In this document: in pieces, positions 56,988-64,000 of the stretch
Layout: each line of letters begins with the position of its first letter
How positions within the stretch are numbered: the stretch's first letter is position 1
Source of the DNA: an uncultured bacterium
Lineage (GTDB): Bacteria; Deinococcota; Deinococci; Deinococcales; Trueperaceae
DNA length: 64,000 bases
Direction of reading: 5' to 3'
Assembly: GCA_964467885.1 (NCBI GenBank)
Contig: CAYXUE010000002.1
Location: forward strand, 14,564-78,563
The notes under the pieces: model-generated
The model's database searches: none
The model's input: only the letters and a program-made list of their open reading frames with translations
Told to the model about the DNA's origin: nothing
Position numbers and translations under genes: made by a program

Positions 56988-58826
56988 TTGAGAAGAACCA
57001 CGGGTAGAACCCTCGGAGCCTGGCGGGCCGCCTTCGCGGCGCTGCTCATGGCCCTGCTAGCCACCGGAGCAGCTCAGTCCACCACGCCGGCCGACGAGTC
57101 CAGCGCCTTCAGCTACACCTACGACATCATCCAGTTCGGCCAGACCCTGGGCCAGACCTCCATGAACGTGGAGCGCGGCGCGGAGGGCTACCGCACCGCT
57201 TCCGCTGTCTCCGTGGCCGGCCTCTTCCAGGCGGAGAACCGCATGGAGGCGCGGCCGGACGGCTCGGCACTCTCCTACACCATCGAAGGCACGACGCAGG
57301 GCGTGGCGTTCCGGATCGACGTGGCGTTCACCGACGCCGGCGCCGACCTCACGCTGAGCCAGGGCGGCGCCACGCAGAGCCTGTCCGTGCCCTCGGAGGC
57401 GCCCCTCTACGTGGTCGACAACAACTTCCTCGAGGGCTTCCAGCTGGCGGCGGATCAGGTGATGGCCTCGGGCCAGCCGCAGACCTTCGCCGCTCTCGTG
57501 CCGCAGACCGCGGCGCTCGTCTCCCTCGCCTTCGACGCGCCGCAGCCCGGCAGTGTCGACTACCTGGGTGAAGCCACGGAAGCCACTCTGATCGAGGTGC
57601 TGTTCTCGGTAGCTGGTCAGGAGCTCACTCTCAGCATCTACCTGGACGACAGCGGACACATCCTGGTGCTCGAGCAGCAGCCCGGCGCGGTCAGGTTCGT
57701 GCGTCAGCCCGCCGATGACGCCCAGCCCGGCGGGGACGCCGACGAGGAGGAGGGCGCCGCGCCTCGGGGCAACGACGAGGCTGCCGACCAGGCCGCGGGT
57801 TCACTCCCGACCGCCACGGAGGAGCAGGCGCCCATCGGTGGGCCAGAGGCGCTGCAGGCCAACGCCGCCTGCCTCGTGGAGCGGGAGGTCAGCGTCAGCT
57901 CCACGGGCGAGACCCTCTACGGCCGCCTCACGCTGCCGCTAGCCGCCACGGCCGAAGGTGCCCTGCCCGCCCCCACGCTGCTGATCCTGCCCGGGTCGGG
58001 TGCGCCCGACATGGACGGCAACGTGGCCCCCTTCATCACCAACGCCATGTACAAGCAGCTCGCCTACGAACTGGCCTGCCACGGCTACGGCGCCCTGCGC
58101 GTGGCCAAGCTGGGCATGCCGCCCTCCACGGGCGACGGCAACGCGGTGACGCTGGCAACATACGCGGAGAACACGGCCGATTGGCTGGCCTTCCTGGCGG
58201 AGCAGCCCGGCGTGGACGCGCAGCGGCTGGGCATCATCGGACACTCCGAGGGCGGGCTCGTGGCGCTCTTCGCGGCGGCGGACGGCTACGCCGACCCGCA
58301 GGTGGTGGTCACCGTGGCCGCACCCGGCAGGCCCCTCGACGCTATCCTGCGCGAGCAGCTCCTGGCCTCGTTCGAGCGCTCCGGCATCACGGGCCAGGCC
58401 TACGACGACCTCGTGGCGCAGACCGACGCGGCCCTCGAAGCCGTGCGCGGCGTGGAAGGCCCCACCCTCGAACTGGAGGGCGAGTTGGCGGAGAACCAGA
58501 TAGCGGCCAGCTTCGCGCACGCTGCCGGCCTGCTGCGCAGCGAGTTCGAGCAGGACCCGGCCGAACTGGCGGGCCAGCTGCAGGTGCCGGTGCTGGTCGT
58601 GCAGGGTCTCAAGGACATCCAGGTGCAGCAGGACGACGCGCACCTGCTGGCCGACCCGCTGCAGCGCGGCACGCTGCTCGAGTTCCCCGACATGGGGCAC
58701 AACCTCAACCACGTGCCTGGCGACCCCGAGGCGGGCGCGTTCCCGGCCGCCGACGCCCTCATCTACCAGCCCTTCGTGCGCTCACTGGTGACCTGGCTCG
58801 ACGGCTACCTGCGCGTAGCCCGCTGA
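56988..58826 (+). CDS. Secreted two-domain protein with a C-terminal alpha/beta hydrolase domain
   Basis: Signal peptide, an N-terminal ~230-aa beta-rich domain, and an acidic linker. The hydrolase domain has the GHSEGG nucleophile elbow and a late GHNLNH His. TTG start. Confidence 0.65.
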   Translation: MRRTTGRTLGAWRAAFAALLMALLATGAAQSTTPADESSAFSYTYDIIQFGQTLGQTSMNVERGAEGYRTASAVSVAGLFQAENRMEARPDGSALSYTIEGTTQGVAFRIDVAFTDAGADLTLSQGGATQSLSVPSEAPLYVVDNNFLEGFQLAADQVMASGQPQTFAALVPQTAALVSLAFDAPQPGSVDYLGEATEATLIEVLFSVAGQELTLSIYLDDSGHILVLEQQPGAVRFVRQPADDAQPGGDADEEEGAAPRGNDEAADQAAGSLPTATEEQAPIGGPEALQANAACLVEREVSVSSTGETLYGRLTLPLAATAEGALPAPTLLILPGSGAPDMDGNVAPFITNAMYKQLAYELACHGYGALRVAKLGMPPSTGDGNAVTLATYAENTADWLAFLAEQPGVDAQRLGIIGHSEGGLVALFAAADGYADPQVVVTVAAPGRPLDAILREQLLASFERSGITGQAYDDLVAQTDAALEAVRGVEGPTLELEGELAENQIAASFAHAAGLLRSEFEQDPAELAGQLQVPVLVVQGLKDIQVQQDDAHLLADPLQRGTLLEFPDMGHNLNHVPGDPEAGAFPAADALIYQPFVRSLVTWLDGYLRVAR

Positions 58827-58859
58827 GGTAAGGCGGCCGGGGGTGCGGTGGTGAGGTAG

Positions 58860-59090
58860 ATGGCGAAGAAGAGGTTCCTGCTGCGGATAGACCAGAGGGT
58901 CTACGACGCCATGGAGAAGTGGGCGGCCGACGAGCTGCGCAGCGTCAACGCGCAGATGGAGTACGTGCTCTCGGAGGCGCTCAAGGGTGCCGGCCGGTAT
59001 CCCAAGCCGGCCGCACCTCAGGACCACCAGCAGGTCGACTCACCGGCCGAACCCCCGCGGGAACCACCGGACAACTCCGACGAGAACTAG
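58860..59090 (+). CDS. Arc/MetJ-type ribbon-helix-helix DNA-binding protein
   Basis: MAKKRFLLRIDQRVYDAMEKWAADELRSVNAQMEYVLSEALKGAGR matches the common Arc-family pattern (beta strand plus two helices). Confidence 0.55.
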   Translation: MAKKRFLLRIDQRVYDAMEKWAADELRSVNAQMEYVLSEALKGAGRYPKPAAPQDHQQVDSPAEPPREPPDNSDEN

Positions 59091-59093
59091 TGA

Positions 59094-59141
59094 GAAGGGC
59101 GCGGGCACAGCTTCCGGAACGGTAGCGGGCCCGCGCCCTTC
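59094..59141. terminator. Bidirectional terminator-like hairpin between the convergent Arc-like gene and mltG
   Basis: gaagggcgcggg (59094-59105) pairs with cccgcgcccttc (59130-59141). The 24-nt loop contains the palindrome ttccggaa. Confidence 0.5.
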
Positions 59142-59186
59142 ACGGTGCGCCCTGAGCACGGCGTACCGCGCATCCGGCCGCGTGCC

Positions 59187-60389
59187 CTACCGCCGCCCGT
59201 CGTTACGCAGGAACACCACCACGTCGCGCTCGTGCGCGGCCAGGTTGGTGTTGGGCCGGAAAACGGGGACGCCTCCATCGGTGCCGTGCAGGAAGTAGAG
59301 CCACGGCACCCCCGCGGCGTTCGTGCGCTCGGGTTCCAGCACCGCCCGCAGCGCGTCGCTGCCGGGGTTCGAGATGGGCGAGGCGGGCAGACCGGGCCGC
59401 ATGTACGTGTTCCAGGGCGTATCGCGCCGCAGGTCGCCGGCCAGCGCGCTCAGTTCCGGCATCGGCTTGCCCAGTCCGTACGCCACCGTGGGATCGGACT
59501 GCAGCAGCATGCCCTCGTCCAGCCGGTTGAGGAACACGCCGGCGATGATGGGCATCTCCTCGTGCGACGCCGCCTCGGACTGCACGATGCTGGCTAGCGT
59601 CACCCACTCGTGCACCGTCAGTGAGCGCTCCTCCAGGGCGTCCACCACCTCGCCCGTCAGCTCCGCCTCGAAGCGCGTCACCATGGTGCGCAGCACCTCC
59701 TCGGGCGTGGAGTGCACGGGCACGTCGTAGGTGGCGGGGAAGAGGTAACCCTCCAGAGAGGAGTCCTCCGGCAGGTAGGCCGGCGCCAGCTCGCCGGGCT
59801 CCCCGATCAGCGCCTCGAACTCGCTCTCGCTGCCCAGGTCGTTGGCGGCCAGACGCCGCACCAAGTCGGAGGCGCGCCAGCCTTCGGGCACCACTATGCT
59901 CACCGTCCTGGGCCGCCCACCCGCGGCCAGGGCCTCGGCCACCTCCGCGGCGCTCATCGTGGGGCTCAGGTCGTAGAGCCCCTCGCCCAGGTTGCGGTCG
60001 GTTTCCGTCAGCTGCAGGTAGAGGCGGAACGCCAGCGCAGACCGCACCAGCCCGGCCTCCTCCAACTCCTGCGCCACCCGCGCCCCGCCCCAGCCCGGCA
60101 AGACCTCGAACTCGGTCTGGCGCGGAGTGGCGCTGGGGGCGGAGAGCACGAACTGCACGGTAACGAAGGCGGCCACCAGCAGCGTGATGAGCACCAGGAG
60201 CACGATGGCTACGTTGCGGCCACGCGAGCCCGGCCGGGTGGAGGGCGGGGGAGGGGGTTCCGGCGGTTCCGGCGGTGCCGGCGGCGGAGTGGACGTGGGC
60301 CTACCCGGCGTGTCGGGCGTGGGCGTGTCGGGCGCGGCCGTGTCGGACGTCGGCGTATCGGGTGTCTTCTGTGTAGGGGGCTCGCTCAT
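59187..60389 (-). CDS. mltG: Endolytic murein transglycosylase MltG (YceG-like) with a Pro/Thr/Asp-rich N-terminal tail
   Basis: TM anchor and a YceG core (...GYLFPATYDV...LASIVQSEA...NTYMRPGLPASPISNPG...). ATGA overlap with ruvX. Confidence 0.85.
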   Translation of the reverse strand: MSEPPTQKTPDTPTSDTAAPDTPTPDTPGRPTSTPPPAPPEPPEPPPPPSTRPGSRGRNVAIVLLVLITLLVAAFVTVQFVLSAPSATPRQTEFEVLPGWGGARVAQELEEAGLVRSALAFRLYLQLTETDRNLGEGLYDLSPTMSAAEVAEALAAGGRPRTVSIVVPEGWRASDLVRRLAANDLGSESEFEALIGEPGELAPAYLPEDSSLEGYLFPATYDVPVHSTPEEVLRTMVTRFEAELTGEVVDALEERSLTVHEWVTLASIVQSEAASHEEMPIIAGVFLNRLDEGMLLQSDPTVAYGLGKPMPELSALAGDLRRDTPWNTYMRPGLPASPISNPGSDALRAVLEPERTNAAGVPWLYFLHGTDGGVPVFRPNTNLAAHERDVVVFLRNDGRR

Positions 60390-60900
60390 CCGTCCTCCCC
60401 GGCCCGTGCCTGCCTGGTGAGGAACGACTCGAGTATCAGCACCGCCGCTGCCTCGTCCAGGCGGCCCTTCTCCTGCCGCCTGCTCCTGGGCAGACCGGAC
60501 GTGCCCACCTGCCGCTGCGCGATGCGCGTGGTGAGGCGCTCGTCCTCCAGCACCACCCGGATACCGAGCGGCGCCGCGGCCTCCTCCAGCGCCGCGGCGA
60601 AGGTGCGCACACGCCGCGTCTGCTGGGATTCACCGCCATCCATGTTGAGGGGCAGGCCCACAACGATGAGCTTCGCCTCCTCGCTACTAGCGGCGTCCAG
60701 CACGGCCGGCACGTCGCGTTTGGTGCCCGCGCGCTCCAGGGCGCCCCGACCGAAGGCGAAGCTGGAGCCCAGCGTGCCCGCGGCCAGCCCTATGCGCGCG
60801 TCGCCGACGTCCAGGGCCAGCACGCCGGCGCCCGCGTTCTCCTGCGGACCCACTTCGCCCCTCGCCCCCGCACCGTCGCCCGCTCGGTCCGGCGCCGAGA

Positions 60901-60904
<4 letters not shown>
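60386..60904 (-). CDS. ruvX: Holliday junction resolvase-like RNase RuvX (YqgF)
   Basis: VLALDVGDARIGLA motif. The start is uncertain: the listed ORF uses a TTG at 60904, while the GTG at 60853 has a GAGGGG SD and gives a more typical N-terminus. Confidence 0.8.
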
Positions 60905-63582
<2,678 letters not shown>

Positions 63583-63649
63583 GCGGGCGCCTCCTGAGTA
63601 ACCAGGCAAAGAGTATACCGACCCCGCTCAAGCGGTATCTTTCCTGCAG

Positions 63650-64000
63650 ATGCTTCTCGCTGCCTTCAAACACCCCGAACGCCGCCACCTGCTCATCATG
63701 GGTTTCGCGGCGTTCTTCCTGCTTGGTGCGCAACAGGCCATGTACGGCCCCTCCCTACCGTTGTTCCGGGCCAAGTTCGGCCTGGCGGTGGACCAGGTCA
63801 GCGCCGTCGTCAGCGCCCAGTTCCTGGGCGCGTTCCTCGCCATCGTAGCCTCGGGCATCCTCATCCGCACGGTCGGTTACCGCAGGGTGCTCATAGCAGG
63901 AGCGCTCGGGGTGGCCGGCGGACTGAGCGCGGTGGCCCTGGCCGGAGCCTGGTGGCAGGCGGTGGCGGGAGCTTTCGTGGGCGGCGCCGGCTTCGGCATC
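63650..64000 (+). CDS. MFS transporter, N-terminal fragment (runs off the window end)
   Basis: The open frame from the ATG at 63650 reads MLLAAFKHPERRHLLIMGFAAFFLLGAQQAMYGPSLPLFRAKFGL...LGAFLAIVASGILIRTVGYRRVL, with hydrophobic helices and an MFS-like loop. It is not in the ORF track because it has no stop codon. Confidence 0.5.
   Translation, partial: MLLAAFKHPERRHLLIMGFAAFFLLGAQQAMYGPSLPLFRAKFGLAVDQVSAVVSAQFLGAFLAIVASGILIRTVGYRRVLIAGALGVAGGLSAVALAGAWWQAVAGAFVGGAGFGI

Overview
This is a 64 kb, very GC-rich, densely packed bacterial chromosomal segment with about 58 protein-coding genes on both strands. Almost all are core housekeeping genes.

**Gene content, in order**
- 3' end of a large NAD-glutamate dehydrogenase, then hemW.
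- A CUT1-type sugar ABC operon with a binding protein and two permeases.
- A THUMP methyltransferase, an M23 peptidase, an AI-2E transporter and a multi-GAF GGDEF cyclase.
- ftsK, an isoaspartyl peptidase, mreD-mrdA-minC and a thiolase.
- A DAHP synthase-tyrA pair, a class-I amidotransferase, purA and citrate synthase.
- A 2-oxoacid dehydrogenase E1alpha/E1beta/E2 operon, uvrC and a GNAT.
- MoxR-DUF58, two BMP-type ABC permeases and malQ.
- A CGNR zinc-finger regulator and a natAB-like ABC pair followed by a kinase-fold phosphotransferase.
- ruvA, ald, truB, a TPR-CPBP protease and an OmpR/HK two-component pair.
- dcd, an SPFH protein and an Arc-like protein.
- mltG-ruvX-alaS and the start of an MFS transporter.

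I found no rRNA, tRNA, CRISPR array, transposase or prophage genes.

**Main findings**
- The one clear mobile element is a 376-aa intein inside the dCTP deaminase gene (54246-55373, minus strand). It carries an HNH-type rather than LAGLIDADG-type endonuclease module, a Trp-punctuated basic repeat region, and atypical block F and block G residues.
- At least 14 genes have a TANNNT -10-like hexamer 5-10 nt upstream of the start codon and no Shine-Dalgarno sequence, which is a leaderless-mRNA signature. Together with the gene content, this points to a Deinococcota (Deinococcus-Thermus)-like organism. That assignment is an inference only.

**Limits**
All family assignments come from motifs I recognise by eye. 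No database search, HMM scan, RNA folding or composition statistic was run. Start codons are often ambiguous in this GC range.
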